From positions 20,388-84,387 of the IMG/VR virus record IMGVR_UViG_3300042731_002921: a stretch of DNA of 64,000 nt; one strand, written 5' to 3'. Below are positions 37,041 to 46,306 of the stretch, in pieces. The DNA comes from a virus (taxonomy: Duplodnaviria; Caudoviricetes). A model generated the notes under the pieces. It saw only the letters and a list, made by a program, of their open reading frames with translations, had not been told where the DNA came from and searched no databases. The translations under genes were made by a program, and so were the position numbers. Position 1 is the first letter of the stretch. Each line of letters begins with the position of its first letter.

Positions 37041-38324
37041 TTAATCATTAAAAATCTCCAACCACTGACACAGCAGTGTTTTCATCCTATTACTAAAAAT
37101 CATCACCTTAATTGGTTTTCCATCCCTAATAGCTGTTCTCCACAAACATTGTAGCATAACAGATAAAGAATATTGCTCATTTTCAAGTTTTGTTCTTTCT
37201 GTTAATGCACCATAACCTATTTTACTTTTAAGGTATTTAGATACAGTTACATTTCTATAAACATTGTGCATATAAATAATATATGTCTTGCCAGAATAAT
37301 CATTAGTTGCCTTACAATTATATGGTATCCAACAACCATGGTATCCTTTTGGTGTAAGGTGCCTTCCTTTTGTTTTATTAAATTTCTGTGAACTTAAGTT
37401 CTTTTTACAAGCATAAAGTAACTCATCTGTTGTTATATTATTTCTTTTTAAGTATTTTCCAAGTGTATCTCTCAATGTTACCATGAACTTAGTATTAACA
37501 TTACTTGAATCCCAATGAGTAGACGAAAAGTTTGTATTTCTTCTTAGAGCCAAATCTCTTATACTTTTAGGTGGATCAATAAAAGAAATCAAATTCTTAA
37601 ATTTTTCTTTCATCTTGTATTCTTCTAACTCATCCTGATACTCAATTGTATAGTCTATATTATACATCTTGAAAAAAGAACAAAGATCAGAAGACTCGAA
37701 CATATATGTTAAGATAATATATGTGTCAGAAAGACTGAAAAAAGAAATTGGTGTTTCTAAAACAAACAAAAAACGATTATCTTCACCAAAAGAAATAACT
37801 CTATTTGAAAGTATTATATCTCTGTATTGTCTTATATCTTCATTTACTTTGAAATCCTCATGCATAGGTCCACACCAATAAACTCTTTTTGTTATTGGAT
37901 CAATAGATGCATACTTACTATCATCAAACAACAACTTTCTTTCATCTGTTGTTATTTGCAATGGTTCAATTGTTATAATCTCTTCATCAATTATTATTAT
38001 GTATCCCTGTCTCTCTATTTCAGCTTCTATTTCAAGGGTAAATAAATTAAATAATGAGTGGGTTGTAACTATTGACCTCCCATTGCACAACAAGGATAAT
38101 ATGTTTTCTTTTTTATTTACCATCTTATGTTCTTCATAATCATAATAAGCTTCTGGTTCACAAAAACGCTCATTAGGACAAGAATCAATAAAACGCTGTA
38201 TCTCTGTTTTTAATGGTACAATAACCAACAAAGGTCTTGATCCAAAACTTTTATCATTAATTTCATTAATCATGTTTGTAGTTTTTGAACTACCCATTAT
38301 ACTATCTCTTATTATAATACCCAA
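37041..38324 (-). CDS. helicase-like putative origin-binding protein
   Basis: DSIMGSSKTT (Walker A variant), IVTTHSLF, IIIDEE, QCLWRTAIRDGKPI; TTG start after AGGAG. Confidence 0.75.
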   Translation of the reverse strand: MGIIIRDSIMGSSKTTNMINEINDKSFGSRPLLVIVPLKTEIQRFIDSCPNERFCEPEAYYDYEEHKMVNKKENILSLLCNGRSIVTTHSLFNLFTLEIEAEIERQGYIIIIDEEIITIEPLQITTDERKLLFDDSKYASIDPITKRVYWCGPMHEDFKVNEDIRQYRDIILSNRVISFGEDNRFLFVLETPISFFSLSDTYIILTYMFESSDLCSFFKMYNIDYTIEYQDELEEYKMKEKFKNLISFIDPPKSIRDLALRRNTNFSSTHWDSSNVNTKFMVTLRDTLGKYLKRNNITTDELLYACKKNLSSQKFNKTKGRHLTPKGYHGCWIPYNCKATNDYSGKTYIIYMHNVYRNVTVSKYLKSKIGYGALTERTKLENEQYSLSVMLQCLWRTAIRDGKPIKVMIFSNRMKTLLCQWLEIFND

Positions 38325-38435
38325 AGTATAACTCCTTTTGTTAAGTTTATATATATAACAATTATTTACCAAAAGTCAACTAAAATATAATGGAATCCAT
38401 TTTCCATTTGGGACATTTTAAAATCCAAAGCCTTG

Positions 38436-38625
38436 AAAGCCTTGATATATAAGGCTTTTCACTTATTAAAAATTGTGTTTGCTATAAGAAAAGAAATTCA
38501 AAAATAATCAGTAGTTAAATAAACAAACTTTAAATAAATCTTTTAATTTTTCTTTGGTTATTATAATAATTAAACCAAAGGAAAGTAAAAATAATCTTTA
38601 AAGTAACTTATTTAAGGTTTAGTTT
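38436..38625. repeat. AT-rich inverted repeats, possible origin
   Basis: AAAGCCTT-N7-AAGGCTTT 38436-38458; long imperfect hairpin ~38521-38625 with CTTTGGTT/AACCAAAG core. Confidence 0.55.
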
Positions 38626-38705
38626 CTATTTTTCTTTTATACCTTGTATTGTTTTTCTTCTAAGTAGTGTCTAATAATTAATACCTATAATCTTTGATTA
38701 TTCCA

Positions 38706-39143
38706 TTAAAGAACACGAGCTTTGTACTTCTTCTCTCTTCTTTGGTTTGGTTTTGTTTCTATTATATCTTTATCATCCCATTTCGCTTTTTTCCTATAAA
38801 GCAATGTGCTATAACTTATACCTGTTAACTTTACCCAATACTTTAATCCTTCTGTTTTGTTGTTGTAGGTAATAGTGTACTGAATCATATGGTTTCCTGG
38901 TTTCTTTGTTGTCCATTTAACGTTATCTGGTACAAAGCCTTTAGTTGTGTCTATTCTAACAAAGTAATGATCTTTAGGCATTGGCCCTATGTCTTGTTTG
39001 AATTTTTCATAATCACAGATCCATTCTTTGTGCATACCAACTTCTTGTTCTTTGGTGTAGTTGTTCTTGTTTGGAAGACATCTCCTTTTGATACTCGCCC
39101 ATAGTTTGTATTCTGGTTGTTCCTTCTTTGTTTTGTATTTCAT
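38706..39143 (-). CDS. degenerate HNH-like endonuclease
   Basis: EYKLWASIKRRC...YEKFKQDIGPMP...RIDTTKGFVPDNVKWTT; canonical DRID.N motif eroded. Confidence 0.7.
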   Translation of the reverse strand: MKYKTKKEQPEYKLWASIKRRCLPNKNNYTKEQEVGMHKEWICDYEKFKQDIGPMPKDHYFVRIDTTKGFVPDNVKWTTKKPGNHMIQYTITYNNKTEGLKYWVKLTGISYSTLLYRKKAKWDDKDIIETKPNQRREKKYKARVL

Positions 39144-39179
39144 GCTTTCTCCTTAATATTATTCTGTAAAACTTAATAT

Positions 39180-39255
39180 AAGATAACAATTATTCTGTGT
39201 TTGTCAAGTTTTACCGAATAATATTAATTGACAAATTATATACCATATATAATAT
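39180..39255. promoter_or_regulatory. divergent sigma70 promoters at the strand switch
   Basis: - strand TTGACA(39207)-N16-TATCTT with TG extension; + strand TTGACA(39228)-N16-TAATAT. Confidence 0.65.
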
Positions 39256-39264
39256 TATTATTTT

Positions 39265-39396
39265 ATGAATACAACAAGAACAGAAACAGGAAGTCTCAGA
39301 TGTAAGGCTTGTGGAAAAGAACTTAAAGAATACGAGTACGTCTTGTGTTCTGATTGTGAGAAAGAGGCTGATAAAGTCTACGAAGATGAGACATAA
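39265..39396 (+). CDS. 43-aa zinc-ribbon protein
   Basis: CKACG...LCSDC. Confidence 0.6.
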   Translation: MNTTRTETGSLRCKACGKELKEYEYVLCSDCEKEADKVYEDET

Positions 39397-39405
39397 GGAG
39401 AGTTT

Positions 39406-39762
39406 ATGCCAAAACCCCCAGGAGCAGGAAAAGAATGGGTAAAAATAAGAAAATTCAACGAGTCTTTTCCTAAATTTATAGGCTGGTTAACTAAGTATCA
39501 TGAGAAGGCATTAGATGTACTTGGGGATACTCTTGATAATGAAGAAGCAAGTGTTAATTTAAGACATAGTGCAGCTAAAGAAGTTAACAATATGTATCTT
39601 AAATTTCATGATAAATTAAGAGATGTAAAACCAGAAGATTTTGTTAAAATTGATACTGGTTATCAGAAACATAAGAAAAATGTTCTTGGTAAAAAGAAAG
39701 GTAATATTACACCTTTGATCCAGACTGAGTTCATCCCTGAAGAAAATGATACTGGTACTTAA
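39406..39762 (+). CDS. hypothetical protein, possible terminase small subunit
   Basis: Helical KALDVL...AS...R.SAAK pattern; first large gene of the late block. Confidence 0.4.
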   Translation: MPKPPGAGKEWVKIRKFNESFPKFIGWLTKYHEKALDVLGDTLDNEEASVNLRHSAAKEVNNMYLKFHDKLRDVKPEDFVKIDTGYQKHKKNVLGKKKGNITPLIQTEFIPEENDTGT

Positions 39763-39808
39763 TGATTTCTGTAAATATGTGGATATAAAGAAAAGATGAG
39801 GATACCTA

Positions 39809-40078
39809 ATGGCTGATACTATTACTGATGTAACATTAACAGGTGATGAATTTCAAGATATATACAATGCGACAAGTATTACTGTAGGTACAAGTATTGC
39901 TATTCAGAATAAGACTACTTCTATGCTTTTAGTACAATTACAAGCTGATCAACCAGAAGATGACTCTACTGATGGTATCTTAATTGATGATGATGTTTCT
40001 GTACCTTATATTGTTGATTCTAATGAAAATGGCTGTTGGGTTAAAGGTGTTGGTCCAATTAATATTCAAGAATTATAG
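39809..40078 (+). CDS. putative virion protein
   Basis: D/T-rich beta protein. Confidence 0.6.
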   Translation: MADTITDVTLTGDEFQDIYNATSITVGTSIAIQNKTTSMLLVQLQADQPEDDSTDGILIDDDVSVPYIVDSNENGCWVKGVGPINIQEL

Positions 40079-40086
40079 GAGTTAGA

Positions 40087-40437
40087 ATGGCTATATTACC
40101 ATATAATATAAGACCAACACAAAAATTAGTTAAAGAAGATGCTATAACTGGTGATACTACTCTAACTAATGTTGTTCCTGCTGGTTATCTTTTGCAATAT
40201 ATAATCTTTGAAGAAACAGCAGGTAATGCTGCTACTATTGATCTTGGCACGACTGATGGCGGTAATGATGTATTCACAGGGCAGATAATAGCTGCAAGTG
40301 ATATCACAACTGTTGTTTTAAATAAAGTATTTTCTTTATCTACTACTACATCTTTATATATAAATGATGATCAGGTTGGCAGTGACTGGAATAGTGCAAG
40401 TGTTAATGTAACTATAGTGTTAAAAAAGGTAATTTAA
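40087..40437 (+). CDS. putative virion protein, paralog of the 41441 C-terminal domain
   Basis: IDLGTTDGG motif shared. Confidence 0.65.
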   Translation: MAILPYNIRPTQKLVKEDAITGDTTLTNVVPAGYLLQYIIFEETAGNAATIDLGTTDGGNDVFTGQIIAASDITTVVLNKVFSLSTTTSLYINDDQVGSDWNSASVNVTIVLKKVI

Positions 40438-41048
40438 TGTCTGATTCAAGATATGCTAATGATAGTTTATTAACAAAGAAAATTGATGTTATTAATACAT
40501 CTTTATATTCTACTCCACGACCTGGTGCAATTGAGTATTATGATAATAAATTTTATATAACGAATGTAGGTGTTAGAAAAGTTCTTGATAGATCTGATGA
40601 CGTACTATTATCATCTGTTACTGTTGAAGATACAACAGACGAAACAATTATATATACTGCTGAAATAGGCTCAAATGCATTTGTAGAAGGGAATGTGTTA
40701 AAATTAATTGCTAATGGTATATTCTCTTCAGTTAGTGCTGCTGACGAAGTTACTATAAGAATAAAAATTGGAGGAGTTACGACTGATACTATTGTATCAC
40801 CTGCTGCAAACTATACAAATGCTTGTTGGTCAATTGATGGTAGAGGTACAATTAGGGCTGTAGGTGTTACAGGTAGCCTTTCATATTATAATAAATTAAT
40901 GATTGCTGATAAAAGGGAAACAACATGTGCAGTCGCAACTATTGATACTACTGGATCAAATGATATTAATATTACAGCACAGTGGAATAATGCAAAAGTT
41001 GGGAATTCAATAGTAATAGCACAAGGATTTCTTGAATATAAGAATTAA
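40437..41048 (+). CDS. putative virion/fiber protein
   Basis: PGAIEY.DNKFY; beta-rich. Confidence 0.6.
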   Translation: MSDSRYANDSLLTKKIDVINTSLYSTPRPGAIEYYDNKFYITNVGVRKVLDRSDDVLLSSVTVEDTTDETIIYTAEIGSNAFVEGNVLKLIANGIFSSVSAADEVTIRIKIGGVTTDTIVSPAANYTNACWSIDGRGTIRAVGVTGSLSYYNKLMIADKRETTCAVATIDTTGSNDINITAQWNNAKVGNSIVIAQGFLEYKN

Positions 41049-41141
41049 AGGAATATTCAATGTCAAAAACAAACTATACAGGTGATAATTCAAGATCAGT
41101 TGCTAAAGTAAATATACAAATATAATTAATAGGGAGATACA

Positions 41142-41432
41142 ATGGCTAAACTTAAGGATATTAAAAATGTAACACTTACTGCTGACTTTCAGGAAGTTAC
41201 TGTAAGTTCAACTTTGTATTTTGATGAATACATTGTTAAGACTAATGATCAGACAGATTTTGAAATTAAACTTTTAACTGATGACACTGAAACTTTCATT
41301 CATTCCGTGGATGATAGTACAGCGCCTTGGATTAACACAGCAAGTAGAAAACATTCATCTGATAGTACATCTCTATTTTTCGTAAAAGGGACTGCTGATA
41401 GTATTCTCCAGATCGAATTTATTAGGTATTAG
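41142..41432 (+). CDS. putative virion protein
   Basis: D/T-rich. Confidence 0.6.
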   Translation: MAKLKDIKNVTLTADFQEVTVSSTLYFDEYIVKTNDQTDFEIKLLTDDTETFIHSVDDSTAPWINTASRKHSSDSTSLFFVKGTADSILQIEFIRY

Positions 41433-41440
41433 GAGAGAGT

Positions 41441-43084
41441 ATGACACTTGAGATAAGAAAGAAAAAAACAGATATTAAGAAAAGTGGTTTAACAAATGAT
41501 GTTGATAGTGATCTTTTTAATATAAAAGATGCTACAGATCCTACTAAAACCATTACTTTTGATTTATCTGGTATAACAACAGGTACAGAGAGGACTATCA
41601 CAATTCCTGACAGGGATTTTACTGGTGGTGAATTGTCTACAGATCCATCTCCAGTACTCGCAGCAGATTTAGATGCAGCCGGTTATTATGCTACTGATTT
41701 ACAGAATACACAGGATACTCTTGCTACTGAGCCTAAATATCTATTTGACGGGACAAATGATGCTGCTGTAGTTGCTGATAATGCAAGCCTTGATGTTGGT
41801 ACTGGTGATTTTTATATTGCAATGGCTATTAATCCTTATGATGTTACAAGAGAAACTGATTATATTATAAATAAAGAAGCAGCTGGTATTGGATATGGTC
41901 TTTATCTTAATGAAGATGATCTTTATATAAGACTTGATGATGACACAGCAGATGCTTCAGCAATTATTGGGTCTGGTGTATTTAGTAACAATACAGAAGC
42001 AATTGTAGTAGTAAGTTTTGATCGTAGTGGTAATGCTACTGCATATATTAATGGTGCATCAGTTGGTACCGTTGATATTTCTGGATCTGCTCTTACGCTT
42101 GATAATGCTGGTGATTTGCATATTGGTAATGATTCTGCTGGTACTAATGAATTTTATGGTGAGATAAGGCTTTGTGCTATTGGTAATAAAACTCTTACTG
42201 CTACAGAAGCAAAGAGAATTTCTAATGGTCTTACTACATCTTATGAGTACGCTGGTGCAAGTCAGACTGAATTAATGCCTAATCAAGTTGACAGGGATTT
42301 TTCTGGTGCAAGTGCTTGGGCTAATGTAGACTTCAATTCTTATGATGAGACAGATGATTTAACTGTAACTGCTACTGCTGCTGAACAATATGCAACTCTA
42401 TTAGCTGCAAGCGCACCTACTACTATTGGTAAACGTTATAGAATGACTTTTGATGTAGCAAATATTGTTTCTACTTTTACTATACAGAGTTTTGATGGTA
42501 CTCAGGAAATTGGAACTGTATCAGCAGATGGTACTACGCAGAATCTTGATTGGACAGCAACAACTACTGGTGGTTATCGTATTGTAGCTGATGCTGATGA
42601 TTCAAGTGCTGATTTTGATAATTTTACACTCACACAACTTGGATGTGTTTTTGAAGTAGATTCTTCTGGTGTTGGTCATAATACTTGGGAGGATATCAAT
42701 GGTAATGAGCTTCATGCTGATGTATCTGGTGCTATTCCTTTTAATCTTCCTGCTAATCATACAGAGAAGTACATCAATCTTGGAATTACTGATGATGTAA
42801 CTTTTACATTACCTAAAGATTATATTATTGATGCTATTGCTATTAAATCATCTGGTGCTATTGGTGGTGGAATTGATATTGGTACTACTGATGGTGGTGG
42901 TGAGATTGTGACAGCAGAAACTATTTCTGGTGCTGGTACTGTTCTTGCTACACTTGTAGCTGCTGCTAATTATAATACTACAGGTGCTGATGATACTATT
43001 TACATATCTGATGCTGATGGTACAGGATGGGATGGTGCAACTGCTGGTATTGTTGTAAAGATGTCAAAAGTTGGTTTGAGTTAA
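41441..43084 (+). CDS. LamG/concanavalin-A-like domain virion protein
   Basis: YLFDGTND...GTGDF...SFDRSGNATAYING...LHIG...FYGEI LamG signature; fiber-like N-terminus. Confidence 0.8.
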   Translation: MTLEIRKKKTDIKKSGLTNDVDSDLFNIKDATDPTKTITFDLSGITTGTERTITIPDRDFTGGELSTDPSPVLAADLDAAGYYATDLQNTQDTLATEPKYLFDGTNDAAVVADNASLDVGTGDFYIAMAINPYDVTRETDYIINKEAAGIGYGLYLNEDDLYIRLDDDTADASAIIGSGVFSNNTEAIVVVSFDRSGNATAYINGASVGTVDISGSALTLDNAGDLHIGNDSAGTNEFYGEIRLCAIGNKTLTATEAKRISNGLTTSYEYAGASQTELMPNQVDRDFSGASAWANVDFNSYDETDDLTVTATAAEQYATLLAASAPTTIGKRYRMTFDVANIVSTFTIQSFDGTQEIGTVSADGTTQNLDWTATTTGGYRIVADADDSSADFDNFTLTQLGCVFEVDSSGVGHNTWEDINGNELHADVSGAIPFNLPANHTEKYINLGITDDVTFTLPKDYIIDAIAIKSSGAIGGGIDIGTTDGGGEIVTAETISGAGTVLATLVAAANYNTTGADDTIYISDADGTGWDGATAGIVVKMSKVGLS

Positions 43085-43097
43085 AATTAGTATTCAC

Positions 43098-43164
43098 GGG
43101 CCGACAAGAGAGAATTCATGAGCTTTCTTGAATGAGATTCCTGCCTCCTGTATCTCTTCGGCCC
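43098..43164 (+). other. GC-rich structured element upstream of terL
   Basis: GGGCCGA/TCGGCCC plus AGAGA/TCTCT outer stem, inner GAATTCAT/ATGAGATTC stem. Confidence 0.5.
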
Positions 43165-43194
43165 TTCAATTAGATTGGAGATTATTGTAAATAG

Positions 43195-45759
43195 ATGTTT
43201 GGTCCTGCAAGTAAAAGACAAGCAGAGATGCTGAATTCTAATGCTGATTTAACCATCATCGGTGGATCAATGGGCAGTGGTAAAGGGAGTCCTTTGCGTA
43301 CCCCTGTAATCACTCCGTGGGGCGAAAAAAAGATCGGTGATTTAGAAATTGGTACGATTATTTCCGGGCCTGATGGTTCACCACAAAAAGTGATTGGGAT
43401 ACAAGACAAAGAGATTCAAGATGTTTTTACTGTGACTATGGATGATGGTAGCTCTTTAGAGACTGATGCTGATCATTTATGGTTAATCCATAAAACAAGG
43501 TCACAAAAATCAAAAACTACTGGTAATTTTCATAGTAGATCTTTTGAGAATAGTTGTCTTATGAATACGTTAGAGTTAAAATCTTTTCTTGATAAAAAAC
43601 AAGATGCCAATGATTCAGCGTTTATAAAAGACCAGAACCTAATTATACCTCTTTGTGATCCAATTGGGTTTAACACTAATTATAAACATAAAATACCACA
43701 TTATGTGTTGGGTGCTTTACTTGGTGATGGGTGTATGAGTCAAAGTGGATATAATATTACTCTAACCACGGCTGACAATGAGATTTTACAAAAATTTAAT
43801 TCCTATAATTACCCATTGTATAAAATTAATTCATCAAAATACGGATATCTGCTAAAGAATAACACAGGAATTAAAGATGATTTAGATGATCTTGGATTAC
43901 TTTGTAAAAAGTCAGGAACAAAGTTTATACCGGAATCATACAAGTATTCATCAATAGAGAAGCGATTTGAATTAGTTAGAGGATTAATGGATACTGATGG
44001 GTATGTTAATATAAAAGGACATTTGTCTTATACATCTGTTAGTAAGAGGTTGGCAGAGGATTTTCAATGGGTTGTTAGGAGTTTAGGTTGTAAAGCAAAT
44101 ATAAGATCAAAAAAATCTGGTTATAAAGATACAAATGATAATTACATTCAGTGCCAAGACTCTTATACTGTGGCTTTTAAACCAGCATATGCTCCACAAA
44201 GATTTGTAAATTTAACGAGAAAAAAAGTTAGATGTAGAGAATTTAATGGTGGCTTATCTGTTGTAGGAAGAAGAATAGTCTCAGTCGAGAAAACAGGTTT
44301 TGAGAGAACTCGCTGTATAAGTGTTAGTCATCCATCAAGACTTTATGTTACAAATGACTTTATTGTAACTCATAATTCTTACATATTAAATTTAATACCA
44401 CTTAGATATATTCATGATCCTGAATTTAACGGTGTTTGTTTTAGAAGAAATACTAAACAAATTCGTGGTCAGGGTGGAATGTGGCAAACAGCAAAATCTA
44501 TTTACAATCAACTACCTAAAGAATATAAACCAACATTTAGAGAATCTGATTTAACTGTTACATGGCCTAACGGTGCAAGCATGGTTTATTGTCATCTTGA
44601 ATATGAAAAAACGGCAGATGAACATCAAGGTTTACAATATTCTCTTGAGTTATTTGATGAGTTAACCAGTTTTACTTGGTATCAGTTTGAGTATTTACAA
44701 CAAAGATTAAGATCTGGTGCTGATATGGAATCAAGGGTTGTCGCGTCTTGTAATCCTGACAGAAACCATTTTACATATGATCTTGTTAAATGGTGGTTGA
44801 ATGAAGAAGGATACCCAGATGATAAAAAAAGAGGTAAGCTAAGATACTATGTAAGAAGGAATGATGATTTTATATGGGCTTCTAATCCTAAAGATTTAGA
44901 TAAATATCTTGAAGAAGAAGGTGAAAGGCCTATTTCAGTTGAATTCATTGGGGCAACAATTTACGATAACCCACCAATGATTAAAAAAAATCCTGGTTAT
45001 TTAAGTATGCTAAAAGGCCAGAGTGAAATAAATAAGGCAAGAAATCTATACGGTTGTTGGGAGGCAGTACCAGAAGCTTCTGGACATTTTAAACGTCAGT
45101 GGTTGAATAAATACGATAAACTACCATCTGATGGAGTAAAAGTTAGGGCTTGGGATAAAGCTCAAACAAAACCATCTGAAGTTAATAGATATCCAGATTT
45201 TACAGCTTGCTGTGGAATGATGAAAACTTCAGATGGGGAGTACATTATATTTGGAGATCACCATCCAGATAATAAAGATGAAGATTTAGGATATTACGGT
45301 AAATTTAGGGAGAGAAGTGGTAAGAGAGAGCAAATTATATTAAAACAGGCTCAATATGACTCCAAAGATTGTAAAATTGTTTTACCGCAAGATCCTAATG
45401 GGCAAGCAGAATTTTTACAAAGTGCAAGTAAGTTAACTTCTGAGGGATTTATAGTAAAAAAAGATCCAGCAAAAAGCACAGCAGGTAAGCTAATAAGATA
45501 TGAACCTTTTAGCTCGGCATGTGAAAATGGTCTTGTTGGTATAGTCGAATCAACATTTGATTCTAAAACGTTAGAAATGTTTTATAAAGAACAAGAGGAT
45601 TTTACAGGCGAACGTAGCACAAGATCTTATAAAGATGATTGGCCTGATAGTACAAGTTCTGCTTTTAATTATCTTTCACAAGAACAATCTATCCCAATAG
45701 TAAGAAGAAACCAGAAGAGTAATACAACAAAAACAGCAGTAGTTCTTGCTGTAAGATAA
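43195..45759 (+). CDS. terL: terminase large subunit with intein
   Basis: GGSMGSGK|S, FRR, LFDELT, ASCNPD, GCW, RAWDKA, QDP, DDWPDSTS. Confidence 0.95.
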   Translation: MFGPASKRQAEMLNSNADLTIIGGSMGSGKGSPLRTPVITPWGEKKIGDLEIGTIISGPDGSPQKVIGIQDKEIQDVFTVTMDDGSSLETDADHLWLIHKTRSQKSKTTGNFHSRSFENSCLMNTLELKSFLDKKQDANDSAFIKDQNLIIPLCDPIGFNTNYKHKIPHYVLGALLGDGCMSQSGYNITLTTADNEILQKFNSYNYPLYKINSSKYGYLLKNNTGIKDDLDDLGLLCKKSGTKFIPESYKYSSIEKRFELVRGLMDTDGYVNIKGHLSYTSVSKRLAEDFQWVVRSLGCKANIRSKKSGYKDTNDNYIQCQDSYTVAFKPAYAPQRFVNLTRKKVRCREFNGGLSVVGRRIVSVEKTGFERTRCISVSHPSRLYVTNDFIVTHNSYILNLIPLRYIHDPEFNGVCFRRNTKQIRGQGGMWQTAKSIYNQLPKEYKPTFRESDLTVTWPNGASMVYCHLEYEKTADEHQGLQYSLELFDELTSFTWYQFEYLQQRLRSGADMESRVVASCNPDRNHFTYDLVKWWLNEEGYPDDKKRGKLRYYVRRNDDFIWASNPKDLDKYLEEEGERPISVEFIGATIYDNPPMIKKNPGYLSMLKGQSEINKARNLYGCWEAVPEASGHFKRQWLNKYDKLPSDGVKVRAWDKAQTKPSEVNRYPDFTACCGMMKTSDGEYIIFGDHHPDNKDEDLGYYGKFRERSGKREQIILKQAQYDSKDCKIVLPQDPNGQAEFLQSASKLTSEGFIVKKDPAKSTAGKLIRYEPFSSACENGLVGIVESTFDSKTLEMFYKEQEDFTGERSTRSYKDDWPDSTSSAFNYLSQEQSIPIVRRNQKSNTTKTAVVLAVR
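43285..44376 (+). mobile_element. class-3-type LAGLIDADG intein (364 aa) starting with Gly
   Basis: GSGK|GSPLRTPVITPWG; DHLW (Trp), TRCISV (Cys), IVTHN (Thr) | Ser+1; LGALLGDG / RGLMDTDG. Confidence 0.9.
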
Positions 45760-45898
45760 TCCGATTTTTAAAAACCAGGTGGTTAAGCAGCGGGTACAGG
45801 AGTTGCTGTCTGCGGATGATCAGGAAATTGTTTGATATCTAAGACTTTACCATCCTGATGAGATGATTGATTAAAAAAATTTAATGAGGGTATATTGT

Positions 45899-46306
45899 AT
45901 GAAAACATATTCAAAAGATAACCCTATAATCGTGCGTAGTGGGGGCAAAATTCTGGTGCCGTATAACGTCGAGAATTATACAGACTCGGAAGATAACGAA
46001 GGGTATCAATTTAATTACTTTGAGATTGATGATACCGGCCAGGATCTCACTGATGAGACAGTTGTTTCCGGCTTGACAGCCATGGTTAACAAGCACATCG
46101 GCACAAAAATTCTTGGTGTGATGTGCTCTGCAACAGCGGAAGATCAGTGGGGGCTTGGAACTATCCAATCATATATATCTGCTGGAAACAATACCGAATT
46201 TCATTTTTCCAACGGAAATACTCTGATTTTGACGCCCGAAAATATCAACGAGTTTGAAACGGCTTGGGTCGCATTTCGGCAAAGCTTTTTTGCTACGGAG
46301 TCATAA
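45899..46306 (+). CDS. tail-fiber-associated hypothetical protein
   Basis: GVMCSATAEDQWGL...F.NGNTL.LT.EN..EF...W..FR.SFF pattern. Confidence 0.6.
   Translation: MKTYSKDNPIIVRSGGKILVPYNVENYTDSEDNEGYQFNYFEIDDTGQDLTDETVVSGLTAMVNKHIGTKILGVMCSATAEDQWGLGTIQSYISAGNNTEFHFSNGNTLILTPENINEFETAWVAFRQSFFATES

Noticed and set aside
45775-45860. tRNA-like sequence (GGTGGTTAAG)
   Set aside because: No T-loop, acceptor stem or CCA; it reads as the coding 3' end of a lost gene
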